Below, one piece after another: positions 26,259 through 35,559 of a stretch of DNA of 47,933 nt (position 1 is the first letter of the stretch; each line of letters starts with the position of its first letter). Source of the stretch: Pseudomonadota bacterium (GTDB lineage Bacteria > Pseudomonadota > Gammaproteobacteria > Pseudomonadales > JBCDEX01). A program made the translations under genes and the position numbers. Under the pieces are notes generated by a model that searched no databases, was not told the DNA's origin, and saw only the letters and a list, made by a program, of their open reading frames with translations. The stretch covers positions 1 to 47,933 of the forward strand of contig JBCDEX010000001.1 of NCBI GenBank assembly GCA_039178995.1, in the 5' to 3' direction.

Positions 26259-27272
26259 ATGACAGCATTTAAACAACTTACAATGGCTGCCTGCGTATTG
26301 GCATTGGCAGCGTGTTCAGGTAAGAAAACGGCCGATGTTGAGACAACGGCTAAAACAGCTGCCGCGCCAGTGGCGAGTGCAATGACAGGCAACGTCAACG
26401 TAGACGGTTCAAGCACGGTGTTTCCTGTGAGTGAAGCGATGGCGGAAGAGTTCCAGAAAGAACAGCCTAAAGTGCGTGTGTCTGTGGGTGTGTCTGGTAC
26501 AGGCGGTGGCTTTAAGAAGTTCATGGCCGGTGAAATTGACATCAGCAACGCGTCACGTCCGATCAAAGAGAAAGAATTGAAAATGGCGGAAGAAGCCAAG
26601 GTAACTTTCATCGAATTGCCAATCGCATACGACGGTTTGTCAATTGTTGTGAACAAAGACAACGATTTCATTGATGCCATTACTGTGGCTGAATTGAAGA
26701 AAATCTGGGAGCCTGAGAGCAAGGTGACTAAGTGGAGCGAAGTGCGTGACGGATGGCCTGATGAGAAAATCAAGCTGTACGGCCCAGGTGCTGATTCAGG
26801 TACATTTGACTACTTCACTAAAGCAATCAACGGCAAAGAAGGCGCATCGCGTGCAGACTACGGCGCATCTGAAGACGACAACGTAATCGTAAACGGTGTT
26901 GCAGGTGACAAATATTCACTTGGTTTCTTTGGCTTTGCATACTACGCAGCCAACAAAGCGAAGTTGAAAGTTGTTCCAGTTGACGGCGGAAATGGTCCAG
27001 TGACTCCGACGCTTGAAACCATCAACAACGCAACATATAAGCCGTTGTCGCGTCCGATCTTCATCTACGTCAACACGGCGTCATTGGCGAAGCCACAAGT
27101 GGCTGAGTTCGCTAAGTTCTATGTTGACAATGCAGCGACGTTGGCAGAAGAAGTTGGTTACATCCGTTTACCAGAAGCGATTTACGCAAAAGTAAAAGCA
27201 CGTCTTCAAAACAAAGAGACAGGCACTGGTTATAACGAAAAGACCACTATGAAAGCAGCTAAGTTACTGTAA
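26259..27272 (+). CDS. pstS: Phosphate ABC transporter substrate-binding protein PstS, predicted lipoprotein
   Basis: ATG at 26259 preceded by AGGTGA (the track start 26241 is a TTG). LALAACSG lipobox. GSSTVFPVSEAMAEEF, GVSGTGGGFKKF, ASRPIKEKE are typical of the PstS (PBP-like 2) family. Followed by pstCAB-phoU. Confidence 0.9.
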   Translation: MTAFKQLTMAACVLALAACSGKKTADVETTAKTAAAPVASAMTGNVNVDGSSTVFPVSEAMAEEFQKEQPKVRVSVGVSGTGGGFKKFMAGEIDISNASRPIKEKELKMAEEAKVTFIELPIAYDGLSIVVNKDNDFIDAITVAELKKIWEPESKVTKWSEVRDGWPDEKIKLYGPGADSGTFDYFTKAINGKEGASRADYGASEDDNVIVNGVAGDKYSLGFFGFAYYAANKAKLKVVPVDGGNGPVTPTLETINNATYKPLSRPIFIYVNTASLAKPQVAEFAKFYVDNAATLAEEVGYIRLPEAIYAKVKARLQNKETGTGYNEKTTMKAAKLL

Positions 27273-27317
27273 TCGTTAGCTTTCGAACCCTGTTTCAATA
27301 ATTAAGGGTTTTAAACA

Positions 27318-27346
27318 GGCGATTATTCAAGGGTAATCGCCTTTTG
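27318..27346 (+). terminator. Intra-operon hairpin plus T-run between pstS and pstC (attenuating terminator candidate)
   Basis: ggcgatta (27318-27325) / taatcgcc (27334-27341) with an 8-nt loop, then ttttgttgtt. Confidence 0.55.
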
Positions 27347-27393
27347 TTGTTATTACGATCTGTTCTACGATCGAAGATTAACATACCTCCTCC

Positions 27394-28335
27394 ATGAACG
27401 ATGAAGAGCATGATATGGACACACCCACTGTTCAAGCGCCGACTTTCAAAGGTTTGAAATTTAACGTCAAAGAAGAGTTCATCAAGTACTTTCTTGGTCT
27501 CTGCGCGTTTTTGTCCGTTGTGACGACCGCAGCCATTGTGTTTATTTTGGTCAAAGAGTCGTTGGTGTTTTTTGGTAATGTCTCCGTCAAAGAGTTCTTA
27601 ACTGGCACACGTTGGGTGCCGTTGTTGGAGCCCTCATCGTTTGGTGTGCTGCCGCTGTTGTGGGGTACGATGTTGATTACCATTGGTGCGGCGTTCATCG
27701 CCTTGCCGCTGGGGTTGGCGTGTGCTGTGTTCATGAGTGAATTTGCAAGTGAAAAAACACGCAGCATTGTGAAACCCATTTTGGAATTGTTGGCGGGCAT
27801 CCCGACGGTTGTATACGGTTACTTTGCGTTGACGTTTATCACCCCGTTGTTGCGTACGATCAGTCCAGAGGTGGAAGTGTTTAATGCGGCGAGTGGTGCT
27901 ATCGTGGTGGGTATTATGATTCTGCCGATGGTTGCCTCGCTCAGTGACAACGCCTTGCGTGCGGTGCCAGACAGCTTGCGCCAATGCGGTTACGCATTGG
28001 GCGCTACGCAATACGAAGTGACCACCAAGATTGTTGTTCCTGCTGGCCTGTCTGGCATTATGGCATCGTTCTTGTTGGCCATTTCACGTGCGATTGGTGA
28101 GACCATGGCGGTGACGCTGGCGGCCGGTGCGACGCCAAATTTGTCCACGGACATTTTTGCCAGCATACAAACCATGACGGCGTATATTGTTCAGGTTAGT
28201 TTGGGTGATACGCCACAAGGTGGTACGGCGTATCAAACTTTGTTTGCGGTTGCTGCTTTATTGTTTGTGGTGACGTTAATCATCAACGTCATTTCGCAAC
28301 GCATTTTAGATCATTATCGTGAGGCGTATGACTGA
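27394..28335 (+). CDS. pstC: Phosphate ABC transporter permease PstC
   Basis: 313 aa polytopic protein. EAA-type loop region ...LRAVPDSLRQCGYALGATQYEVT... Position after pstS. Start could instead be the ATG at 27415. Confidence 0.92.
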   Translation: MNDEEHDMDTPTVQAPTFKGLKFNVKEEFIKYFLGLCAFLSVVTTAAIVFILVKESLVFFGNVSVKEFLTGTRWVPLLEPSSFGVLPLLWGTMLITIGAAFIALPLGLACAVFMSEFASEKTRSIVKPILELLAGIPTVVYGYFALTFITPLLRTISPEVEVFNAASGAIVVGIMILPMVASLSDNALRAVPDSLRQCGYALGATQYEVTTKIVVPAGLSGIMASFLLAISRAIGETMAVTLAAGATPNLSTDIFASIQTMTAYIVQVSLGDTPQGGTAYQTLFAVAALLFVVTLIINVISQRILDHYREAYD

Positions 28336-29210
28336 TGATTCAACAACGTAAAGACCCCCATTTAGCGGCGCGTCATTTAAAATCAAAACTGTTCAAGTGG
28401 GCATGCGCGAGCACTGTTGTATTGGCTTTGTTTATTCTGTGTGTCTTAATGGTTCAAGTGTCACTGGATGGTATCAAGTGGTTGGATATGCAATTTATCA
28501 CCAGTTTCCCATCGCGATTCCCTGAAAAAGCAGGCATCTGGTCGGCATTTGTTGGTACTTTGTACCTGATCAGTTTGATTGCGGCCATCTCGATTCCGCT
28601 TGGTGTGTCGGCTGCCTTGTATCTTGAAGAGTATGCGTCTCCAGGTCGTTTGAATCGCTTCATCGAGTTGAATATTAACAATTTGGCAGGTGTTCCGTCG
28701 ATTGTATACGGTATTTTAGGTTTGGCAATTTTTGTGCGCGCGTTTCAATTTGATCGCAGCTTGTTGGCGGGCGCGCTGACTATGAGTTTGTTGATTCTTC
28801 CGGTGATCATCATCGCCAGTCGTGAAGCCATCAAACAAGTACCTTCAAGTGTGCGTCATGCTGCGTATGCACTGGGCGCAACGCGTTGGCAGGCCGTGCG
28901 TTCACACGTGTTGCCTGCCTCGTTCTCGGGCATTTTGACTGGCGTCATTTTGGCGTTATCACGCGCGATTGGTGAAACCGCACCGCTGGTGATGATTGGC
29001 GCGTTGACATACGTGGCCTTTTTACCTGAGAGCATTAACGATGCGTTTACCGCGTTGCCAATCCAAATTTTTAACTGGGCCTCACGCCCACAAGCCGAGT
29101 TTCATGAACTCGCGTCGGCAGCCATTATTATCTTATTGGCAGCGTTATTGTGCTTAAATGGCATTGCCATATACATCCGTCACAGAAGTGACCGCAAACA
29201 AATACGATGA
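28335..29210 (+). CDS. pstA: Phosphate ABC transporter permease PstA
   Basis: 291 aa. [25 protein letters not shown] permease loop. Start overlaps the pstC stop (TGATG). Confidence 0.92.
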   Translation: MIQQRKDPHLAARHLKSKLFKWACASTVVLALFILCVLMVQVSLDGIKWLDMQFITSFPSRFPEKAGIWSAFVGTLYLISLIAAISIPLGVSAALYLEEYASPGRLNRFIELNINNLAGVPSIVYGILGLAIFVRAFQFDRSLLAGALTMSLLILPVIIIASREAIKQVPSSVRHAAYALGATRWQAVRSHVLPASFSGILTGVILALSRAIGETAPLVMIGALTYVAFLPESINDAFTALPIQIFNWASRPQAEFHELASAAIIILLAALLCLNGIAIYIRHRSDRKQIR

Positions 29211-29980
29211 GTGAAATTATGAGTGAAGAAAAAGACGTAGTCATTGATATTCAGGACTTGCAGGTCAGTTACTCTGGAAATACAGCGGTGCATGGCATCA
29301 CGTTTCCAGTGTATCAAAACAACATCACCGCGATGATCGGACCATCGGGTTGCGGTAAAAGTACCTTGTTGCGTTGTTTAAATCGTATGAACGATTTCAT
29401 CCCAGGTGTGACCGTTGGTGGCCGTATTTTGTACAAGGGCCAAGACATGTATGACTCAAACATCGACGCAGTAGAAGTACGACGTCATGTGGGCATGGTG
29501 TTTCAAAAACCAAATCCATTCCCTAAGTCGATTTATAAAAACATCTCATGGGGGCCGTTGATCAATGGCTTCAAAGGCAACATGGATGAGTTGGTTGAGC
29601 GTTCATTAAAGCAGTCGGCACTATGGGACGAAGTGAAAGATCGTTTGCATGAGTCAGCACTGGCCTTGTCCGGTGGTCAGCAGCAACGTTTGTGCATTGC
29701 ACGTGCGTTGGCGATGGAGCCAGACATTTTGTTGATGGATGAGCCGTGTTCTGCATTGGACCCTGTGTCGACCTTGCACATCGAAGATTTGTTGTACAAT
29801 CTAAAGAAGAAGTACACCATCGTGATTGTGACGCATAACATGCAGCAAGCGTCGCGTGTATCGGATTACACGGCGTTTATGGAAAGCGGGAATTTAGTTG
29901 AGTTCGATGAGACAGAGACCATCTTCACACGACCTGCGAGTCAGCGCACTGAAGACTACGTCACTGGCCGTTTTGGTTAA
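29207..29980 (+). CDS. pstB: Phosphate ABC transporter ATP-binding protein PstB
   Basis: 257 aa. Walker [10 protein letters not shown], signature [14 protein letters not shown], Walker [14 protein letters not shown]-loop [12 protein letters not shown] overlap with pstA. Confidence 0.96.
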   Translation: MSEIMSEEKDVVIDIQDLQVSYSGNTAVHGITFPVYQNNITAMIGPSGCGKSTLLRCLNRMNDFIPGVTVGGRILYKGQDMYDSNIDAVEVRRHVGMVFQKPNPFPKSIYKNISWGPLINGFKGNMDELVERSLKQSALWDEVKDRLHESALALSGGQQQRLCIARALAMEPDILLMDEPCSALDPVSTLHIEDLLYNLKKKYTIVIVTHNMQQASRVSDYTAFMESGNLVEFDETETIFTRPASQRTEDYVTGRFG

Positions 29981-30027
29981 TGAGTGTGTTGAACACACTG
30001 ACGTTCAATTGAGAATAAGGAAACAAC

Positions 30028-30726
30028 ATGGCAAAGCATTTGCAACGTGATTTAGATGCGTTATCAAAGAAAACATTACAGCTGGGTGGTGTGGTTGAGA
30101 GTCTGTTGAACGACGCCATTTTGTCGTTAACACAGCGTCGAGAAGAGTTGGCCAATCGCGTATTGGCGGATGCGTCTGAGGTGGATCAGCGCGAAGTTGA
30201 GATTGAAGAAGACTGTTTGAAAGTATTGGCATTGCATCAGCCAGTGGCGGTTGATTTGCGTTTCATTGTGATGGTGTTGAAGGTCAATAATGACTTGGAG
30301 CGCATTGGCGATTACGCTGAAAACTTGGCCAATCGCGCTAAATTTTTGATTGCGCATGAAGAGATACAATACCCATCTAATTTTATTGAGCACATGTCGT
30401 CTGAAATCAAAAACATGTTGCACAATGCGTTGCAGTCGTTGGTTGAATTGGATGTTGATTTGGCGCGCAATGTGATTGCACGTGATGTAGTGGTCGATGA
30501 AATTCACAGCAACGTGTTTAAAGAGTCGTGCGAAATGATGGTCGCAGGGCCTGAGAAAGTCGATCGTTTAATGCAGGCCATTTCGGTGTCGCGTTACTTA
30601 GAGCGCATCGCGGACTTGGCAACGAACATTGCGGAAGACGTTATTTTTACGGTGGAAGGCGAAGTGGTTCGACATCAAGATAAGAGGTGCGGTAATGACC
30701 GCATAAAAAAAGCCGCACCTTCATGA
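30028..30726 (+). CDS. phoU: Phosphate signalling/transport accessory protein PhoU
   Basis: 232 aa. Two PhoU repeats with ERIGDYAENLA and ERIADLATNIAEDV metal-binding motifs. Confidence 0.93.
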   Translation: MAKHLQRDLDALSKKTLQLGGVVESLLNDAILSLTQRREELANRVLADASEVDQREVEIEEDCLKVLALHQPVAVDLRFIVMVLKVNNDLERIGDYAENLANRAKFLIAHEEIQYPSNFIEHMSSEIKNMLHNALQSLVELDVDLARNVIARDVVVDEIHSNVFKESCEMMVAGPEKVDRLMQAISVSRYLERIADLATNIAEDVIFTVEGEVVRHQDKRCGNDRIKKAAPS

Positions 30727-30744
30727 GACGGTGCGGCTTTTTTG
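30704..30744. terminator. Bidirectional rho-independent terminator shared by phoU (+) and pitA (-)
   Basis: A-run, agccgcacc (30711-30719), 10-nt loop containing the phoU TGA, ggtgcggct (30730-30738), T-run. Symmetric A/T flanks allow termination in both directions. Confidence 0.7.
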
Positions 30745-30767
30745 ATTGTGTTGTTTGAGGTTTTAAA

Positions 30768-32030
30768 CTAGATTGCCCAGCTGGTTAATAATAGATAAAT
30801 GACAATGGAGAAGCCTGCGCCGGCCGGTAAGGTGACGAGCCAAGAGGTGATGATTTTGGTCACCACACCAAGGTTGATGTTGCTCACGCCGCGAGCGATT
30901 CCGACGCCCAATATGGCACCAATTAATGTGTGCGTGGTTGAAATCGGAATGCCCAAACCTGATGCAAGCACTACCGTGCACGCGGCGGCAAGCTCTGCGG
31001 CAAAACCACGAGATGGCGTAAGTTCGGTGATTTTTTTGCCGACGGTGACGATCACTTTATAACCCAGTGTGGTCAATCCGATCACGATGCCAGTTGCACC
31101 GAGCAGTAACGCCCACGATGGAACCGTGGATTGTTGAAGTACTGCGCCACTTGAATTCAAGACCCCAATCACAGCCGCCAGCGGGCCAATGGCATTGGCG
31201 ACATCGTTGGAGCCATGTGCAAATGCCATTGCACAAGCCGTGACGATCATCAGGACGGCAAAGATGCGCTCAACATGGTTAGAGTCATCGGGGGTGTTGT
31301 GTGGTGGTTCAGCAATGCGCGATAGGTAGAGTTTGCCGCCAATGCCCACGAGCATGGCAAAGGCAATTGAATAGTAAATGCTCTCTGTCGTTGTCACGTC
31401 TAAACCAACGTGCTTCAACCCTTTGATGAACGTAACCATAGCGATCATGAAGGTGGTCAAGAACATGTAAACAGGCACAAATCGCTGTGCGTTTTTGAAG
31501 GGGGCTGAGGTGTTTAGAATGAACCGCTCGACGCTTTTGTACAAGGTGAACGATACGATGCCCGCAAGTGCGGGAGAGGTGACCCAGCTGGCCGCAATCT
31601 TTCCAACCTTGGACCATTTAATGGCGTCAGCGCCTAATGAAATCAGTGTAAAGCCAATGATGGCGCCGACAATTGAATGCGTGGTGGATACTGGCCAGCC
31701 AAAAGAAGTGGCAATGAGTAGCCACAGTGCAGCGGCAAGCATTGAGGCGATCATACCGAACACCAATAGCTCGGGTTGTGTGCTGAATGCTTGATAGTCG
31801 ATGATGCCTTTGCGAATGGTCGAGGTCACTTCACCGCCCGCTAAATAAGCGCCGGCAAATTCAAACACAACGGCAATGAGTATGGCTTGTTTAATGGTCA
31901 GTGCCCGCGCACCGACCGAGGTGCCCATCGCATTGGCAACGTCATTCGCTCCAATGCCCCACGCCATAAATAAGCCACAGAAACAGGCGAACAAGAAAAG
32001 AAGTTGATGGTGTTCTGCAATGAATGTCAT
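30768..32030 (-). CDS. pitA: Low-affinity inorganic phosphate transporter, PiT family
   Basis: 420 aa polytopic protein. Duplicated PiT signature GANDVANAMGTSV (N-terminal half) and GSNDVANAIGPL (C-terminal half). Confidence 0.9.
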   Translation of the reverse strand: MTFIAEHHQLLFLFACFCGLFMAWGIGANDVANAMGTSVGARALTIKQAILIAVVFEFAGAYLAGGEVTSTIRKGIIDYQAFSTQPELLVFGMIASMLAAALWLLIATSFGWPVSTTHSIVGAIIGFTLISLGADAIKWSKVGKIAASWVTSPALAGIVSFTLYKSVERFILNTSAPFKNAQRFVPVYMFLTTFMIAMVTFIKGLKHVGLDVTTTESIYYSIAFAMLVGIGGKLYLSRIAEPPHNTPDDSNHVERIFAVLMIVTACAMAFAHGSNDVANAIGPLAAVIGVLNSSGAVLQQSTVPSWALLLGATGIVIGLTTLGYKVIVTVGKKITELTPSRGFAAELAAACTVVLASGLGIPISTTHTLIGAILGVGIARGVSNINLGVVTKIITSWLVTLPAGAGFSIVIYLLLTSWAI

Positions 32031-32191
32031 GATGGCCTCGATTGAATGAAGTTGGTTGCTGGTAAGTAGCGTGAGTCACCTGTAAAGTGCTTTCATCATA
32101 CATGAATTCAATTCGCTCTAATGGCTTGAAATGTAACTTTTATCTTGTTTGGCTTAGACTTTAAATTGACGAATGCGTTGGAAAAAAAGAC

Positions 32192-33388
32192 ATGAAAATG
32201 GTGGATGTGATTGTGGTGGGCGGTGGCGCATCGGGGTTGATGTGCGCGTACGTGGCGTCATCGCGAGGTCGTTCCGTGTTGCTACTCGAAGGCAGTAATA
32301 AAGTCGGGAAAAAGATTTTAATGTCGGGTGGTGGGCGTTGCAATTTCACCAATTTGTATGTGACGCCAGAGCATTTTATTTCGCACAATCCACACTTTGT
32401 GAAGTCAGCGCTTGCAAACTACACGCAGTATGATTTTATTAAAATGGTGCAGGATCACAACATTGAATACGAAGAGCGTAAGCACGGTCAGTTGTTCTGT
32501 GTTCGTTCAGCGAAAGACATTCTTTCGATGCTGTTAACCGTCTGTGAGCAGCAATCGGTTCGCATTGAAACGCACGTTAAGGTGTCGGACATTCAGCCAT
32601 TGTCGAATGATGGCGACTACCGGTTTCAAGTGTCTGCCAATGACACGCAGTACCAATGCCAGTCCTTGGTGATGGCGTCGGGGGCGTTGTCGATTCCCTC
32701 CATGGGGGCGACTGGGTTTGCGTATGAGGTGGCGCAGCAATTTGGATTGAATGTGCTGCCGCGTCGTGCTGGATTGGTACCGTTTACTTTTTCAGATCAC
32801 ATCAAATCATTATCCGAGCAGTTGTCCGGATTGTCGGTGTCGGCTGAATTGACCACCCGAGGTGTGAGTTTTAGTGAATCCATTTTGTTTACGCATCGAG
32901 GCTTAAGTGGCCCTGCTGTACTTCAGTTGTCGAATTATTGGCGCGAAGGCGATACCGTCGAGGTTAATTTGTGTCCAGAGCTGGCGTTGGAGTCGTATCT
33001 GTTGGAACAAAAAAATACATCAAAAAGTCTTTTGCGAACGGTGTTGATGACGTACTTGCCGAAAGCGCTTGTGTTGGCACTTGAAGAACGTATGTGGCCG
33101 ACATTGAAAGACATTCGTTTGGCTGAATTTCCCGATCAAACACTCCGTGATATTGCGGCGCAACTGCACGCATGGCCATTGAAGCCTTCTGGCACTGAAG
33201 GCTATCGCACCGCAGAGGTGACTCTGGGCGGTGTGGACACAGATCACATCCGTTCCAAAGACATGCAAGTTACATCACGCCCAGGTTTGTACTTTATTGG
33301 TGAGGCGCTGGATGTGACAGGGCATTTAGGTGGATTTAATTTTCAGTGGGCCTGGTCATCGGGTGTTGCTGCGGGTCAATCTGTTTGA
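32192..33388 (+). CDS. YhiN/HI0933-family FAD-dependent oxidoreductase
   Basis: 398 aa. VIVVGGGASGLMCA dinucleotide fold, GKKILMSGGGRCNFTN and C-terminal GEALDVTGHLGGFNFQWAWSSG are hallmarks of the HI0933/BaiN-like family. Confidence 0.85.
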   Translation: MKMVDVIVVGGGASGLMCAYVASSRGRSVLLLEGSNKVGKKILMSGGGRCNFTNLYVTPEHFISHNPHFVKSALANYTQYDFIKMVQDHNIEYEERKHGQLFCVRSAKDILSMLLTVCEQQSVRIETHVKVSDIQPLSNDGDYRFQVSANDTQYQCQSLVMASGALSIPSMGATGFAYEVAQQFGLNVLPRRAGLVPFTFSDHIKSLSEQLSGLSVSAELTTRGVSFSESILFTHRGLSGPAVLQLSNYWREGDTVEVNLCPELALESYLLEQKNTSKSLLRTVLMTYLPKALVLALEERMWPTLKDIRLAEFPDQTLRDIAAQLHAWPLKPSGTEGYRTAEVTLGGVDTDHIRSKDMQVTSRPGLYFIGEALDVTGHLGGFNFQWAWSSGVAAGQSV

Positions 33389-34312
33389 TTACGCATTGAG
33401 CGTGATGTACTTGATGCCCATGAGCGCGGCTGGATTCCAGTGCTCGGTACCCCACGTGAGCACGTCGTGGCAGTGGGTCATGGATGCGGGCGGTGGTGGT
33501 TGTTTCAGTAGGCTTAATACGAGTTTGAGATTGTCCACTGCGGTGTCGATTTGCAGAGCCGCTGAGGCAAATTGTTTGCTCAATTTGTGCCCGTCGGGCG
33601 TGACTAAGACGGGTAAATGGAGATACTTGGGTTGCGGTAAATTCAGTTGGCGCTGAAGGAAGATATGTTGTGGTGTGCTGAGCAGTAAATCATTGCCGCG
33701 TACAATATGGGTGATGCCTTGCTCGGCATCGTCATGCACCGAGGCCAGATGATAAGCATACAGCGCGTCTTTGCGTTGGACGACAAAATCGCCGCCGAGA
33801 TCCAGTAATTGATGGCTTTGACAGCCCTGAAGTTGATCACCAAATGTCAGTGTGTCTGCATCACGTGTGTGAATGCGCCACGCATACTCTGTGTTTGGGG
33901 GCAGTGACGCCAGTGTGTTGTGATGGCATGTGTGAGGGTAGTGCGAGTGTTTTTTCAGCATCTGCCGAGAACAGGTGCATGGGAACAGGGCGTTTTGCTC
34001 GATCAGTTGCTGAATGCGTTGTGCATAGCCCTCATTGCATGCGCTTTGATGGCGAATTGGTTCATCGGAGACAAGACCGTGAGCGGTTAAGCAATCAATG
34101 ATGTGCTGAGCTGCGCCGGCTTGTGTTCGAGGAGGGTCTAGGTCGTCCATTCGAATAAGCCAGGTGCCGTTGTGCGATCTGGCGTCTAAGTAGCTGGCAA
34201 CGGCTGTAAATAATGAACCGAGATGCAGTGAGCCGCTTGGCGTTGGCGCAAAGCGGCCACGATAAGGTGAGTCGGTCGGAGCGTATTCGGTCATACCGTG
34301 TGTTGCTGACAT
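33389..34312 (-). CDS. gluQ: tRNA glutamyl-Q(34) synthetase (GluRS paralogue)
   Basis: 307 aa. GRFAPTPSGSLHLGSL (HIGH-like), truncated GluRS catalytic domain, VRGNDLL, KLSKQ. Immediately downstream of dksA, as in E. coli dksA-gluQ. Confidence 0.88.
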   Translation of the reverse strand: MSATHGMTEYAPTDSPYRGRFAPTPSGSLHLGSLFTAVASYLDARSHNGTWLIRMDDLDPPRTQAGAAQHIIDCLTAHGLVSDEPIRHQSACNEGYAQRIQQLIEQNALFPCTCSRQMLKKHSHYPHTCHHNTLASLPPNTEYAWRIHTRDADTLTFGDQLQGCQSHQLLDLGGDFVVQRKDALYAYHLASVHDDAEQGITHIVRGNDLLLSTPQHIFLQRQLNLPQPKYLHLPVLVTPDGHKLSKQFASAALQIDTAVDNLKLVLSLLKQPPPPASMTHCHDVLTWGTEHWNPAALMGIKYITLNA

Positions 34313-34343
34313 GACATGAACCGCGTTGCGTCAGAAAAAACGC

Positions 34344-34778
34344 TTAGCCGCGCTCTTGCTTTTCTTTGATTTCATCGAGTGTTTTGCAATCGATGCATAA
34401 CGAGGCCGTTGGACGAGCTTCGAGCCGCTTAATGCCAATTTCAATGCCACAGGTATCGCAATAACCGTAGTCGTCGTTCTCGATGCGCTCCAATGTGGAC
34501 TCGATCTTTTTGATCAATTTGCGTTCGCGATCGCGCGTACGTAACTCAATGCTGAACTCTTCTTCTTGGGTGGCGCGGTCGGTCGGATCAGGAAAGTTAG
34601 CGGCTTCATCTTTCATGTGCGTGACCGTACGGTCCACTTCCGCCATTAAGTCGGCTTTCCAAGCGGTCAAAATGGTTTGAAAATGCGCCACTTGATTTGT
34701 GTTCATGTAGGCTTCACGTTTTTTAACTTTATAAGGTGTGAAGTTTTTAAATTGTGATGTGTCTTTTTTCTTCGCCAT
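34344..34778 (-). CDS. dksA: RNA polymerase-binding transcription factor DksA
   Basis: 144 aa. Coiled-coil with [11 protein letters not shown] tip region and C4 zinc finger [25 protein letters not shown]. Confidence 0.95.
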   Translation of the reverse strand: MAKKKDTSQFKNFTPYKVKKREAYMNTNQVAHFQTILTAWKADLMAEVDRTVTHMKDEAANFPDPTDRATQEEEFSIELRTRDRERKLIKKIESTLERIENDDYGYCDTCGIEIGIKRLEARPTASLCIDCKTLDEIKEKQERG

Positions 34779-35075
34779 AATATATCTCTACTCATTACTG
34801 CTGAGAATGTATTCGCCTCCAGTGCAAGTTTGAGGGGGCATCAAAATAGCAGATCTGTTTTTATTATTCCATCGATTTGGTGTGAAATTTGATCAAATCA
34901 TCGTCATATAGTGTGAAACGTGCTTGCTTCTTACGCGAACAAGTAGGTTTCACAGGATATTTGGTTAATACGGTGCATTACTATACTAAGGTATCAATTT
35001 CCTGACTCAGTATAGAAGGAAACGGGAACATTGCAATGGTTAAGCGTCTGATTGGCTACTGAGTCGGTGTGTGCG

Positions 35076-35417
35076 TCATGGCAGTTGAACCAGTATCTTG
35101 CCGTCCTCAATTTTGCTGGTCACAGCCATTAATGACTCGCCGCTGCACGGACCCGAGACACATAAGCCATCGTGCGCATTAAAGAGTGCGCCGTGTGTTG
35201 AGCATTGAATGAAGTGGTGTTCGCTGTCTAAGAACTCATCTTGGTTCATTTCGAGTGGGATGCTCAAGTGCGGGCATGAGTTAACGTACACATACACGAG
35301 CCCATCTTTTTTGACCATGAACAGGTTGGCGTCTGGATGAGATGCGTTCTTGCTTGAGTCGTCGTCGATGTCGTTAGTATGGCCTATTTCGACCCAAGAT
35401 ATGCTATTGTCAGTCAC
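35076..35417 (-). CDS. Small Rieske [2Fe-2S] domain protein
   Basis: 113 aa with GTG start. CPH (box 1) ... CSTHGALF (box 2) ... GPCSG is the Rieske ferredoxin pattern. Partner enzyme not evident. Confidence 0.8.
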   Translation of the reverse strand: MTDNSISWVEIGHTNDIDDDSSKNASHPDANLFMVKKDGLVYVYVNSCPHLSIPLEMNQDEFLDSEHHFIQCSTHGALFNAHDGLCVSGPCSGESLMAVTSKIEDGKILVQLP

Positions 35418-35559
35418 GTAATTTGCCTTGTGTTGAATGGTAAAGCGCCATTCAATAACAACACGCGCCAGAACGCAAGCCAGTCGAGCGATGCGTTAGG
35501 GTGTTTTTTTATCGTGTGGCTATGGTGTGGAGGATTACGTTAGAGGAAATGGAGGTGTC

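Noticed and set aside
34880-34955. Structures in the dksA upstream region: a 12-bp palindrome ATTTGATCAAAT, a repeated GTGTGAAA, and a GTGAAAC...GTTTCAC inverted repeat.
   Set aside because: These are short elements with no match to a known operator. The CRP half-site TGTGA lacks a properly spaced TCACA. They are plausible by chance in AT-rich promoter DNA, so I noted them only.
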